The notes under the pieces were generated by a model. The model was given only the letters and a program-made list of their open reading frames with translations, searched no databases and was not told the DNA's origin. A stretch of 64,000 nucleotides of DNA from Octopus vulgaris (taxonomy: Eukaryota). Below are positions 23,950 through 36,987 of the stretch, one piece after another. The stretch is from NCBI GenBank assembly GCA_951406725.2, contig OX597820.1, positions 48,608,001-48,672,000 on the forward strand. The letters run 5' to 3'. The position numbers and the translations under genes were made by a program. Each line of letters begins with the position of its first letter. Within the stretch, counting starts at the first letter, position 1.

Positions 23950-26400
23950 TTCACAGAGATCTAGGCTTCAAGAGGAATAGCAATGTCTTCAAGAAACACC
24001 AACTCAAGAAAAAGCAATCTAACGAAATTTCTAAATGTCAGAAACTATCAAACTATTTTACAATGTCAAATAAATATTTGTCATCACCTGCAACTGAAAC
24101 AAGCCATACAAGCACCACTGAAGTCAATGATATTGCACAAACCATGAGTGCTATGTTTAGTTATAATCAACCTACTGTTGACATTTTGATGCAGATCATG
24201 ATCACGGAGGTCAAGAATCTCGAGAAAAGAGAGAGCAGAAACAGGAAGCAAATTTAGTGATTTCAAAGAATACAGTGACCTAACAAACTGGTCCGTAACA
24301 GTTGATAATGATTGCATACAAAACTGTTTAATGCAACACATTAGTTTTTTACAAAATAAAAACCAGATAATGTATATGCTGAATCCAACAAGATTTACAA
24401 ACAGTAAAATCGAAGTTTCTCAAACAATTACTTTGAAAAATTATTGAAAAATGGTCAGACTGTGATGAGATCCTGGTTAGTTTACTTAGAGAGCAACCTC
24501 TTTTCTAAATGCCAAATATCACTTAAAACAGGTGGGTTTTCTGATTGGATGAATATATTCAGAACTCTAGAAAATCACGAAGACAGTATGAAAAATAACA
24601 CGGCGATGTTGAGCTGGCTAACACGGAAGTCAAATAAAACCACTGTGGATCAGCAATTTGAGGAACAGTTGAGAAAAAAACATGCAGTACTATTTTGAAG
24701 TACTAAAAAGAGTTGTAGCAGTTATAAAGTTTTTAAGTAAAAGAGGTTTAGCATTTAGAGGTCATGAGGAAAATTGGGGTTCCCCAAACAATGGAAATTT
24801 CATGGGGGCCATTGAGCTTATTGCTGAATTTGACCCATTTTTACATGAACATTTAAAGAAATGTAAAATTGAAAGAGTAAATATTACTTACCTATCCAAA
24901 TCTGTGTATGGAGAATTGATAGAAATCACGGGAAGACATGTGAAAGATGAAGTGGGGAATCAGATCAAAAACCTAGAAATCAAATACTACTCAATTATTG
25001 TTAACTCTACACCTGACATGACACATGTTGACCAGCTGATTTTTGTAGTTTGATACTGTTATAATGGGAAACCTTGTGAGAGATTTTTTGTATTTTCGCC
25101 TGTAGAAAAACATTCATCCATGATCAAAATAACAATTTCTGGAGGAACATAAGATTTCACTTGAAAATATCTGTCGCTAGTCGTACGATAGTGCTTCCAA
25201 CATGAAGGGCTCAGAGAAAGGGCTGTAAGCACTTCTTAAAAACATTAACAGGTATGCAGACTATGTACCACGTGCAAGCCATTCACTCAGCCTTGTTTGG
25301 TAAAAGGTAGTGTCTACTGAATCTGAAGTTGTTGATTATTTTGGCATCTTGCAGCTGCTGTATGTTTTCTTGAATCTCCTCGAAGATGGAGGATTTTGAA
25401 CACACAGAGCAATCTATCCTTTTTACTGAAGAGTTTAAGTGTAACTAGATGGTATGCACACTATGAAGCGGTCCGGGCAATTAATAATGGATATAGGGAT
25501 ATTTTACAAACTCTGAAACATATGTTTGAAGACTCAGAAGAGAAGCCTGAATGTGAGCAAGATACAAAGAATTTATACCATAAGTTGGTAAAACTGGAAT
25601 ATGCTGTTTTAACAGTCGTTTGGGAAGAAGTTATGGAGTATTTTAACAAAACAAGTAAGAAACTCTAAACCCCTGGTTGTGATATATTTGAAGGTTACCT
25701 TCTGCTAGCATCTTTGCTTTCATTTGTTAAAGAATTACGAGAAAATTATTCAGCCGACAAGATTGCATTCTATGAATCAGCAGCAAAACTTTTATGTGAA
25801 TATTCACCTCAAATTATTCTGATATTTCCAAACGCATTTTAACAAAGAAATTTGCAGATGGAACAAGTGATAGGGCTTCTAAGAAAGGGGCTGAAAAATT
25901 TAGGATTGAAGTTCTAAATCAAGTCTCTGACTGCTTGATAAGCAAGAGGGTGGACTCATTTGAGCAGATTGCGATAAGGTTCAAGTTTCTCTCAAAATTT
26001 GTTGAACAATTCAGAATTTGTCGAGAACGGTATCAAACTTATATCGCGTTCCAAAGACGATATTGACCACAAATTGATAAATGAATGTTATCATTTCAAA
26101 GAGTATTTACACCTTACAAAATCCCAGAACACAGAAGAAAATACAATGCAATGTACAGAAGTTTTTAGCTTATTTATGAGCAGCAATTAATTGAAGTGTC
26201 CCCTAATATTACCACTGTTCATAAGCTGTACTTGACAATGCCTATCACGAGCTGTGAAGTAGAAAGGAGTTCCTCAAAGCTTTTCTTTGTAAAGAATGAA
26301 TTTCGATCTACCATGACTGAGAGTGATTAAATCTTTTATGCATATCGTCTCTAGAAAAGGATATTGCAAGGAAGCTGTCATATGACAAAACTGTTACTAT
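23950..26400 (+). pseudogene. hAT transposase pseudogene with multiple stops and frameshifts
   Basis: Fragments GGFSDW, LAFRGHEENWGSPNNGNFMGAIELIAEFD, YYSIIVNSTPDMTHVDQL, LKSLSVTRW and the dimerisation motif LYLTMPITSCEVERSSSKL..VKNEFRSTM. Confidence 0.9.
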
Positions 26401-26459
26401 AAAAAAAGAGTATTTTGTCATTTTCATATGTATCTTAACGATGCATCATGCATGTATAT

Positions 26460-26670
26460 AACGCTTCCCTAATTTTCAACCCCCATAACTCTAAAAGTAT
26501 AAGGCATAGCCTGGAAAATATTTGTAGTGATCTGCCATGGAACAACCACATCGATAAAGATATCGGTAATTACCCACACTTCGGGCTCACTTTCAGACTC
26601 ATTTTTAAGGACTCCATGTCACAAGTCTACTTTTAGAACTATCAGGGCCACAAGCTGGAGTACCTTGCAA
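26460..26670 (+). mobile_element. CR1/L2-like LINE RT fragment nested in the hAT 3' region
   Basis: Reads LENICSDLPWNNHIDK...GLTFRLIF...HKLEY, resembling the SSDLxWxxHI...RPKLEY region of CR1/L2 ORF2. Confidence 0.55.
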
Positions 26671-27971
26671 GGGCATGAACATTTTTTGATCCTTGTTCGA
26701 TGTTACCCTACTGTTGCTGGTTGTAAAGCGTGCCCCCGTAACATTTTAAGTTTCAGGGCTGCAATATTGTAGATCCGCCATTGCTCTGAGTGTATGTAGA
26801 AAGAGCATAAGAAGCTCTCATAAAGTGATTTGATAAAGAGAAAAAATAAACATATTCAATCATGTGGTGGGATATTTATACTTCACAGTAAATCAAGTGG
26901 AATTAATCCCATCAATTACTGTCCACTTTCTTGTTTGGCAAACAGTTTACAAAGATTAATGACTGTTAGAATTTTTTTTTTTTTTTTTGGTACAAGCAGC
27001 GAAAAATTATATTGAATAATAAAATTTCTAAGAAGACGTATTTAAGTCAGTTAAAACTCTTGATCAAGAAAGGTATTGCTTTAAGAAAGAAAAATCGATT
27101 GTTATTTTCAGTGTTGTTCGCTTACATTATAAACCAAGCCATCGGCTCTTGTTTAAATTTAAAGATCTCAGTGTTTCTGACTGACTGGATAAAACATATC
27201 GAAACACCTGTGTTCCAGAAAACGTTGCAGCAATGATTTAAGAGTGTTATGAACCCATTATTCTCCCAAAAAGAAGAAGCTGTTTTTCCTGCGACGTACA
27301 CACAATAACGATTAGCGTATCTATGTTCGAATCTGCCGGAATATAATAACAATAAATATGTATGACATCGATTGAGAATAATCTAGTTTATTGAATACAA
27401 TACATCCTTATGTTAGATGATAAATAGAGATCATGTCAGCAAACGAAGAAGTACAACTTGAGGAAGTACACAAGACAATATACAAAGGTATCAAAATACT
27501 TCTCAAACACTAATTATACACATTTTAATTATTAGTACAGGCAACTGGAATTTGTTAAACAAAGAAACATTTAGAAAATACATCTACATCATAATATTAT
27601 AAAGTGCAACATTTACAAAACTTACAAAAATGCTCCTAGTATTTGGCCAAGTGAATATAGTTCCGCTTCATTTTAATATAAAAATTGATACGTCTGTAAC
27701 TCTGTACCGAATATCACAAAATATGACACAGCACAATAACAAAAGTAAGTCTATGTCTATAAAATTATTTGACATGTTTGTTCGCATTTCTGCCTGATGA
27801 TAAAGAATTATGATTCGTTAAAATTAGTAATACTAGATTTCTTCGGTTACACTCTGCTTCCTTTTAGAATTTTTAAAGTCATTCTTTGTTCAAGGGACCC
27901 AATGTGAGACGCTGAGCTATACCTTACTTGTTTCACACAGTGTAAGATGTACTACCATGTACACATATACG

Positions 27972-28080
27972 CAAGGGCCCGGGAACAGGGGGTGCAGCGG
28001 ATGCACTTGCACCCCTTGAAATTTTCAGGTGGTGCAAGATCAAAATTTGCACCCCCTACATAATTTTACCAGTTTCAGAA
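27972..28080 (+). mobile_element. Orphan hAT-like transposon end
   Basis: GC-rich CAAGGGCCCGGGAACAGGGGGTGCAGCGGATGCACTTGCACCCC with repeated TGCACCCC subterminal motifs; no partner end found. Confidence 0.45.
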
Positions 28081-28699
28081 AATAGTGTCTAAAAAGTTAT
28101 CTGTATAAGATGCTTGAAACTAGATTTCGTTTCAAAGCAAAAACAAAGAACAAGAATAAAAAAATAAAAGTGATGAAGCTGGGCTTAAAATTTCCAAGGG
28201 AATTTATGACTGACCAACTTCTGAAGCAAAGTAGCGTCAAGAGAAAAACAATTATGTGACAACAACAACAGTTGCAGCAAACAACAAGAACAACAAACAT
28301 GACCAACATCTACGGCTACTCTTCATATTTGGTTTCTTCTTTGTAGTTGATGCCGCTACAGTCTGACGACATGGTTGAATGGATTCGCCTGTTTGACCTC
28401 AGCCTAAAAATAAAAGCCCTTTTAAAATTCTTTCAGTCATATCGGTTTTCTCATTTAGGTTGTTAGGTTCAAAGTTTGACAAGGGAACATGATTTACTTT
28501 TATGATTTACTTTTATGTTTGGTATTTAATGCTCATTCGAAATACTAGTCCAGTTTAATAAAAAAAAACTTTAAAAAAGATTTTGAAAGAAAACATTTAA
28601 CTATAAATGATTGTAGACCAACTCCGAAATTACCTAATTTGCGAAGAAATGTATTCGACAATTTCAGACTAATCTATATAAAAAGGAAATGATATTAAA

Positions 28700-29560
28700 A
28701 GCATTACCTACCGTCATCCTGACGCGGTTAACCACGAAGAGGTGCTTTTTTCGCTCATAAGTCTAACCCTAGCTGAGGCCAGCATACGGGCTAATATGCT
28801 TTTAACAGAGGTCTTTAATTTATATCCAGCCTGGAGCTAGGCAACTGAAGTGGAGGGATACGAACGCTTTCTTCGATACAACAAAAGACTTTCCCATACA
28901 TCATTACCCGTCCAATTAGGGGAAAATAACATACTCGACTTTGTCTTTATTCACAATGTTCAATTCATTCCCACAGCTATTTCCAACCAAAGCATTATAC
29001 AATTATCTGTATATGGTACACAGATATATCCGACTCAGAGTATGGATTTCTACCCCGAAAATATTGCCTAGCAAATCTTCTCCTTCTTGAAGAATGGATT
29101 ACAAGAACCATGGCCGGATAGAGATCTTCGGGACATGATCGCAAACTCTATCCCCGACACTTTCGTTTCAACAGGCGGAAGGCTGTATTCTCCGTCTGTA
29201 TCGCAGCCCCGTGCATAATCCAAGCGAATTCTTTGATCCCACAACTCAAGTGCAAAGATACAACTTAAAATTAATATCATGGAAGTTGATATACTTGCGG
29301 GTATTAATGATTTAGACTCAAACTCAGCATCTGTACTAGATAGTATTCTAGTTATATTGCTAAAAAACGTGCAAAAACCGCCTCATGAAATCATTAAAGG
29401 TACTATTTCAAAAGTCGCCAGATACCCTCATATTCCCGAGACTATTGAAAGAAGCTATAATAAAACCTATAAAAGTACAAAGGAGATAGCAGTGCTGAAG
29501 TTAAAAATTACAGACCTGTTTCCCTCACGTCTTACACGTCTAAAATTGTATTAAAAATTT
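28700..29560 (+). mobile_element. Decayed CR1/L2-like LINE (endonuclease and RT fragments)
   Basis: GENNILDFVFIHN (APE endonuclease C-terminal motif) and NYRPVSLTSYTSKI (~29506-29548). Confidence 0.6.
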
Positions 29561-29657
29561 TAAAGTCACATTATATGTAAAATCATATCACTTCATTGAT
29601 CCCATCAGTTGTTCTGTCCATTTCTATGTTTGGGCCCCGGTGGGCAATAAAGAAATT

Positions 29658-30710
29658 GGTATTGCGTCTGTGTGAGTTGGAAGTGTTGGTACTGTTGCCG
29701 AAGTGCGTCTGTATAGTAAGTGTAGTTTCTGTTGATTGTTTCCGTGTTGTTGCCTGTTTTAATTGCTGTTAAAATTTGTATAATAGTTTTTGCTTGCAAT
29801 CTGTTGTATGTTTTCCCCTGTAGGGGAAACACTAATTACTGGCAGGATGCCAAAAAGTGTGTATTTATATGACGAGGATTCGACAGATTTGGAAGCCAGA
29901 AAAGTGGAAAGAGCATTGTTGGAAGATGTTACGGATTCGTTTGAGAGCGAATTCTCACCACTGTCGAGGACTGACGTTGCAGGGAAGAGCTTTGAAGTTA
30001 AAGGACTTCAAACGGAGGAGGGTAAACAGAAAAGAAGTTTTGCGTCTGCAGCTGGAGACAGAACTCGCCAACTGTCGACGAAGAAAAGTGACGTTTTAAT
30101 GTACAAGGACATGATAAAAATTCAAGACGGTGTTGTCAAGGTTCAAACCGCAGAAGAGCTTTTATTGACAGTGAAGAAGAAAACAATTATGTTTAAAACA
30201 TACTGCTGAAAAGAAAGAAAAATCAAGCGAGTAAGCGAGGAGAAGGTAGAAAAATGTCTAAAGCCCAACTGACAGGATATAAGATATCTAGCCAGTGGGA
30301 CAAAATTCGGTACCATCGAGGTACACTTAAAATCATTGAAACTGCACAATTGCACTCGGTAAAATCTTTGGAAACAGAAGATGTGATTTTAATACCAATA
30401 TACATGGTTATGAGGACATTCAAAATACGAATACCAAAGGTCCCACCTCAAGTCGACCCTATGTGTTTGATGGCGGCAGTCCTGGCAGAAAGGGTAGATG
30501 AGATAACAATACTTCATGCTAACGTTTCACAAAAGGCAAATTGGACCGGCCACACGGTACACCTATTAATTCAAACAGAACAGGCAGATTCGTGGTTGAT
30601 CAGGTTAAAGAGACAGTTCTTTAGCTTTTTGTGGAAGGGCAGGTCGCCACTTGTGAAACACTCTGCCTGCTGTCAAAAGAATTTAAAGGGAGGTTTAGGG
30701 ATGCCTTGGT
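29658..30710 (+). mobile_element. Internally deleted Tx1/L1-like LINE (5' UTR, ORF1 remnant fused to an ORF2 fragment)
   Basis: FFSFLWKGRSPLVKHSACCQKNLKGGLGMP is the FLW.G...GGLG.P motif of L1/Tx1 ORF2. Upstream ORFs 29790-30209 and 30254-30590 are interpreted as ORF1 (inference). Confidence 0.6.
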
Positions 30711-30824
30711 TAAGAATTGTGCATGAGGCGACAACTACTTTTGTGAAATCTCGGTTTGCGCATGAGATAGTAAGGAGCGATGTCAGGAAGGGCATCCCTG
30801 TTGCACTTTCTGACGCTAAGGGTT

Positions 30825-30950
30825 CTTCCTATGACGCTGACATACAATGTCTGTGGAAGGCCCTGCCTCAGTAAAGCTGCGCTCATGAGTCATCTTTATA
30901 TTCATAAATCGAGACCGATGATTGACTACCAGGCCGCTGATTATTTAGCA
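30825..30950 (+). mobile_element. RTE-type LINE 3' end with degenerate C2H2 finger
   Basis: LTYNVCGRPCLSKAALMSHLYIH. Confidence 0.55.
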
Positions 30951-31594
30951 GAAAAAAGCTGGGGATCATCCCAAAGTTTAAAAATATCTGTTTCAACACA
31001 TTCCAGCTGTGTCTTCTACTCCCCCTCCAAATACAAACTTCAGTGAATTTTAGGAATTTGCCCTTCTTGCTGATGATCTTGCAGCTTTCGCAGTTTTTCG
31101 TCCAATTGAACTCTTCCTTCGAGGCATGATCTAAAATGATGAAATGAGATACACTGTTAAGTATTAAATATTAATTGAAGGGTTAGTATGTAAGTGTAGA
31201 TAAGTTGCAAACTTGCAACTGCTGCGGTAATAAAGAACTGGTAGTAGAAAAGTAAATGTGTAAAATAAAATGATGTCATCAAAATGAAAATGGAAGCAGA
31301 TGTGAAAGGCAAGGCGAGGGAAATGGTAAGAGCAACGGAGAAAGTGGTTATGCATTGCGTTGAGAATGTTGTAGTGTGTGGACATGAATTTTTGGGGTGT
31401 TGTTTGTCAATGCATGGCTGCTCTGCCGTATAGATTGGATGGGAAAAGAGTTAATGAAGGAGCAATTGGATGAATTGCTTAGCTTTGTTTAGTGGTGCTC
31501 GTGGGGCAGAAACTGCCGTTGATGCTGCATGTGAGTGTAGGGATAGTTAAAGGTAAGTTGGTAGGTCTGCAAGGTTCGAGTCGAGTACTCCCTT

Positions 31595-33340
31595 GCACGT
31601 TCTGGGGAATTTCTCTCTTTGCTATCGCTGATAAGATACTTGCAAGAGTCCTTCGTAACTGCCTCACTCAACACATGGAAGGAGGGCATCAACCAGAGAG
31701 CCAATCTGGCCTCAGAGGCCCTTGGGACAGTAGACATGATCTTTGCGGCACGTCAACTTTAGAAATATCAGGAATAGAACAGGGATCATATACATGACGT
31801 TTATAGACTTAAACAAGGCCTGTGACACCTTCAGTCGTGAGGGGCTTTGGAAGATCATGGAAAAGTTCGCCTGCCCAGACAAATTGGTGCAACAGTTTCA
31901 TGATAGCATGCTCACTTGGGTGCTGGGCCGTGGAGATTCCTCTGACGCATTCCCAGTCACTGAGTTAAGTAGGGCTGTGTACTCGCACCTATGCAGTCTA
32001 GCATGATGTTCTAGACCGTGATGACAGATGCAGGGATCATATACATGACGTTTATAGACTTAACCAAGGCCTGTGACACCTTCAGTCGTGAGGGGCTTTG
32101 GAAGATCATGGAAAAGTTCGCCTGTCCAGACAAATTGGTGCAACAGTTTCATGATAGCATGCTCACTTGGGTGCTGGGCCGTGGAGATTCCTTTGACGCA
32201 TTCCCAGTCACTGAGTTAAGTAGGGCTGTGTACTCGCACCTATGCAGTCTAGCATGATGTTCTAGACCGTGATGACAGATGCTTTCTACAACATCGATGA
32301 AACCAGAGCCAAGATCAGATTCAGGACTGATGGCAGACTCTTCAGCCTGCGAAGACTACAGGCGAATAACAAGGTGAAAGAAGACTCAGTGCATGTCGTC
32401 CTGATTGCAGATGATTGCACACTCAACACTGCCACTGAGGCTCAGATGCAACAGCGTATTAACTGTTTTCCCACTGCCTGCAACAACTTTGGCCTTATGA
32501 TCAGTACTCAAAAAGCAGAGCCTATGCACCAACCTGCCCAACAAATGCAACGTGTTAAACCAACTGTCCCTGTCGGAGAGGGAAACTCTGAAGGTTGTTA
32601 GTAAGTTCATGCAGCTCAGCAGCACACAATCCAGTTCTGAGAACATTGATAATGAAGCCAACACACACATCGCAAAGGATATCTCAGCACTTGAATGGCT
32701 GTTAGGAAAACACAGACATGAGGCTGGCTATCAAGCAGAAGGTACACCAAGCAGTTGTACTCCCTACACTACTGTATGCCTGTGAGAAGTGGGCAGTTTA
32801 TAAATGCTGCACCAAACAGCTTCCACATGAACTGTCTGAGAATGCTGTTGAAAATCCCCTGGCAAGATAAGGTCCCAGACAAGGAGGTTGTCTGCCGAGG
32901 TGTTGAGGAGAGAGTAGATCAGGTGGGCCGGGCACCTCGTTCAAATGACTGACGCACGATCTCCCCTCCAAAAAAAGAAAATAAGTTTCACAACGAACTG
33001 GCGGAAGGAAAGCGTACGCAAGGTGATCAGAAAAAACGGGATTCGAGGATACACTCAAAGTCCCACTGAAGTGCTTTGATATTAACCCCGACCCTTGGGA
33101 AATGCAAGAACAAGCCCACCCTTCATGGTGAAACGGAGCCGGCAACGGTACCACATGCAAACAGAATAGGATCGCAGGAGCACAAAAACGCGACCTGCGA
33201 AAATCCATAGCCAACTCCTTGTCTTCAGTCTTAGAAGACCACCGGTGCCCGAGCTGCGGTAGAGCTTTACGAGCAGGCACCGAACACCGAACAGTCTTTT
33301 ATCTCTCATTGGTCATCGTCGACAAAGATGAAGAAACACT
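31595..33340 (+). mobile_element. RTE-clade LINE, 5'-truncated RT pseudogene
   Basis: GISLFAIADKILARVL, PESQSGLR, FIDLTKACDTFSREGLW, LIADDC, IPWQDKVPDKEV and terminal CPSCGRALRA; frameshifted. Confidence 0.9.
31780..32281 (+). repeat. 251-bp near-perfect tandem duplication within the RTE element
   Basis: Unit CAGGGATCATATACATGACG...GTGATGACAGATG at 31780-32030 and 32031-32281; about 3 substitutions seen. Confidence 0.95.
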
Positions 33341-33400
33341 ATTGTATGTTTACCCAAGATCTTTTTAATATTTCTATTTAAATAATAAGAAACGGTAAGT

Positions 33401-33467
33401 CGTCCCTGGGTAAGCTTGAACCTTTTGGTTAACAACTGAACGTGCTAACCGATTGCGCCACAGAGAC
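33401..33467 (-). pseudogene. tRNA-Asn(GTT) pseudogene
   Basis: Minus strand GTCTCTGTGGCGCAATCGGTTAGCACGTTCAGTTGTTAACCAAAAGGTTCAAGCTTACCCAGGGACG matches metazoan tRNA-Asn, with a ~7-nt deletion at the variable loop/T stem and several transitions. Confidence 0.85.
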
Positions 33468-33861
33468 AATTAGCGTTAAAACTTTTATATAGCTTGTTTA
33501 ATAAATACTCAAGTTTATTTATCAAACTAAATTGGGAACCAAAGGAGAAGACACTTATTTGTTTGTGACTGTTACGAAAAGGTGGTTCGTGATGGTGGTG
33601 GTTTTAGCGGCCGCGAGAAAAGCCTTTGTGGTTGCGTATATAACAAGTTCGCTTTGCATCCACGCGGTTCCATGTTCGAACACACTGCGATACACTGTGA
33701 CTAAACTTCGTTGGATGGAAGCTGTACAGAAGTTCGTCAAACACAAACACACACATGTATGTATGTATGTATGTATGTATGTATGTATGTATGTATGTAT
33801 GTATGTATGTATGTATGTATGTATGTATGTATGTATGTATGTATGTATGTATGTATGTATG

Positions 33862-34080
33862 TCTTTACTGCCCACAAGGGGCTAAACATAGAGGGGACAA
33901 ACAAGGACAGACAAAGGAATTAAGCTGATTACATTAAACCCCAGTGCGTAACTGGTACTTAATTTATCGACCCCGAAAGGATGAAAGGCAAAGTCGACCT
34001 CGGCGGAATTTGAACTCAGAACGTAACGACAGACGAAATACCGCTAAGCATTTCGCCCAGCGCGCTAACGCTTCTGCCAG
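33862..34080 (-). mobile_element. SINE family B
   Basis: High similarity to 10141-10376; lies between (ATGT)n and (AT)n tracts. Confidence 0.9.
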
Positions 34081-34648
34081 ATATATATATATATATATAT
34101 TAAACGGCGATGCATCAGCATGGCCGCAGCTCTGAGCTGAAACTAGAGGGAGAAAAATGTATATATAAGAGATATAGAGAGAGAGATAGAGCGAGAGAGG
34201 AAGTGAGAGAGCGAAAGAGACAGACAAAAAGAAAGACAGAAAGAAGAGGAAGAGAGACAATGGCTGTAATAATATATGTTCATTCTTTAATAAATTAATC
34301 AATTGAAATGACTGTGCCGGCAGTAGAATTGTTGGGTAGCCAGAAACCAGTTTTGATGGAGCTGACCTCTCCTTCCGGGACCATCTTGTTGATTTAAGGT
34401 TAAGTACAACAGCATTATCTAATGTGTCTTTTCTTTATTTCAGACGGTGTAGTTTTATTTAAGGGAGATTTGGTTGCTATTTCTAACAGCAACGGAGACA
34501 GTCAGACAGACTGTTGCAAAGCACTTATTAAACAACGACAAACAATGGCTATTCAACCAATCACCATTCACTGCAATAACGATGACAAACTTTGGCACAA
34601 GGCCAGCAATTTCGGGATGGGGTGATTAAGTCGGTTATATTGACTCCA

Positions 34649-34721
34649 GCCGAGATAGCTCAGTTGGGAGAGTGTTAGACTGCAGAACTAAGGGTCTCTG
34701 GTTCACTTCCGAGTTTCAAGA
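34649..34721 (+). pseudogene. tRNA-Phe-derived pseudogene, anticodon GAA changed to GCA
   Basis: GCCGAGATAGCTCAGTTGGGAGAGTGTTAGACTGCAGAACTAAGGGTCTCTGGTTCACTTCCGAGTTTCAAGA is colinear with metazoan tRNA-Phe; acceptor stem and T loop are disrupted; oligo-T ~27 nt downstream. Confidence 0.85.
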
Positions 34722-35799
34722 AGAGTGTGCACGCTTGTTTATTTACGTTTTTTCTTTTTTTATTTATTCAAAAACGCTTTTCTTGTGTGTGTCTTTACAA
34801 GGATGATTAGATCCATATACCTAGCAGGATTTCCAATTATTCATTTACGTAAGTGTGTGTGTGTGTGTAAACAGGAAAAATAGGATAAGCATTTTTTCTG
34901 AGTATAAATAGAAATAAAGTCAACTTTGCGTTCATCGTTGCGGGAAATATGAAATAAGAACAACTGATTGTACATTATCTACGCCATCAACACAACTCTA
35001 CTTTCCTTTAGAAACAAATTAAAATAAACACATTATTGACTTTGCAGGCACGTATGAAAGACACTTTCATTTCTGACCAAGGATTGACCAACTTTTTTGT
35101 CTTCCTTCTACGAAGGAAGATAAGGTTAAAGAAGTGTCTGTCATCGGACAGATTCGGTAAAAGGTGAGTGCAAGTGGATCGCATGTTGGGAATGAATGGT
35201 CTTACGTGAGTGCTATCCAGGAAAAGTCAAAACAACAGGTTCAGTGGTGGAACGTGTCTTGCAGAGTCGGAACAGTTCTCCCACTGTGTTGTGATATGTC
35301 TGTCCCTTCATTCGTTTTATATTATCATAACATTTTTAGATACACTTTTGTGTAACAACATTCGATACCCAGACCCATTTGTACTGCCACCTTGTCGTTG
35401 ATGTATTATACTGTAAATTGCTGGTTATTGTTAATTTAATTGTTGAATTTGCTGTTGTTTCATTTGTTGTGTGTTTTTTTAAAAACAAAACACCTTGTTT
35501 TATCGCGTTTAGCAAAGTTTTGAACGTTATTCCCCTCCTCAAGAGGGGAATAATTTATTCTCTTGTGCAAGGGCTTCTCTCCAACCCCAAAGAAAAAATA
35601 TATGAGGAAAGCAATTTTAAAATGCCTTCTGATAAGGTTTTGACCATGCCATCGGGTGAAGAATTTATGAACGGAAAAACTGTTGAAACAATTGAGTCTA
35701 ATATCGCTACAGTAGCATGACTAAAAAGGAAAACCTTAAACATGACAAATGAATAGATAAACCAATTAAAAAATATGTTCGAGAGGGAGGGGTATGATT

Positions 35800-36050
35800 T
35801 GAAAGCCACCTTCCTGAAAACACGTCAAAAAGATTAATTGGTTTTAAATGTCTGAACATTAAAACTAAAAAATTGGACAATGCGTGAAGAGAGGGGGTCG
35901 AGAAATGCTTGCAACCAATATGGTGGTACATTGCATTTATCACCAGAGGTTGCAAATTTGCAACCATTATCGTCTTCAGCAAGTCCTTATACCTCTTTTT
36001 TAATTTATGTGGAGGTCGTTCTCCTTTAGCTCACTCTCCATAAAAGAGAG
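35800..36050 (-). mobile_element. RTE-type LINE 3' fragment
   Basis: Minus strand LFYGE*AKGERPPHKLKKRYKDLLK. Confidence 0.55.
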
Positions 36051-36074
36051 TATAAAAGTATAAATATATATATT

Positions 36075-36480
36075 GGCTGTGTGGTAAGTAGCTTGCTTAC
36101 CCAACTACATGGTTCCAGGTTCAGTCCCACAGCGTGGCACCTTGGGCAAGTGTCTTCTACTATAGCCTCGGGCCGACCAAAGCCTTGTGAGTGAATTTGG
36201 TAGACGTAAACTGAAAGACACCTGTCGTATATATGTATATATATATGTGTGTGTGTGTATGTGTTTGTGTGTCTGTGTTTGCCCCCCCCCCCCCCCTAGC
36301 ATTGCTTGACAACTGATGCTGGTGTGTTTATGTCCCCGTCACTTAGCGGTTCGGCAAAAGAGACCGATAGAATAAGTACTGGGCTTACAAAAAATAAGTC
36401 CTGGGGTCGAGTTGCTCGATTAAAGGCGGTGCTCCAGCAACGCCGCAGTCAAATTACTGAAACAAGTAAAAGAGTAAAAG
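36075..36480 (+). mobile_element. SINE family A, full length
   Basis: Same head, body, microsatellite and tail as 8712-9070. Confidence 0.9.
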
Positions 36481-36481
36481 A

Positions 36482-36525
<44 letters not shown>

Positions 36526-36943
36526 ATATATATATATATACATATATACATACATACATACATACATACATACATACATACATACATACATACATACATA
36601 CATACATACATACATAAATACATATATATATATATTTACAAATATAGATGTGTGCGATACTACATTTATTGGACACATGTAACATGTATTCGAGAATGCA
36701 TAAAAGAAATTGTGTCAAACAAGCTAGAATTTTTCTGTGCTAATGCTCATTGTCGTTACAAAAAAAAAAAACATGTACACGTGATATGCTACCATGCATG
36801 TTGCTTTACCTGCTTTGTTTCTGATAACTTTTTAAGATAATGTATTTCATACAAAGATATGAAATAAAAAGAAATACATATTACACACCATTGCACCTAC
36901 AAACTTACACCGACTCACATGCACACACACGCACACAATATCG

Positions 36944-36987
<44 letters not shown>

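Larger units (their letters stand above)
23353..26783 (+). mobile_element. Full-length decayed hAT transposon (ZMYM1/DUF4371-type transposase, Tip100/Zaphod-like)
   Basis: 15-bp TIRs AAGTGGCGGATCTAC (23353-67) and GTAGATCCGCCATTG (26769-83); 8-bp TSD CTCTGGGC / CTCTGAGT (6/8 match); subterminal palindrome TGAAGCTTAAGCTTCA. Confidence 0.9.

Noticed and set aside
24444-26190. ZMYM1-like host gene
   Set aside because: Bounded by TIRs and a TSD, intronless and full of stops and frameshifts, so it is a hAT transposase pseudogene.
34649-34721. Functional tRNA-Cys(GCA)
   Set aside because: The body is tRNA-Phe-like, and the acceptor stem and T loop/B box are broken.
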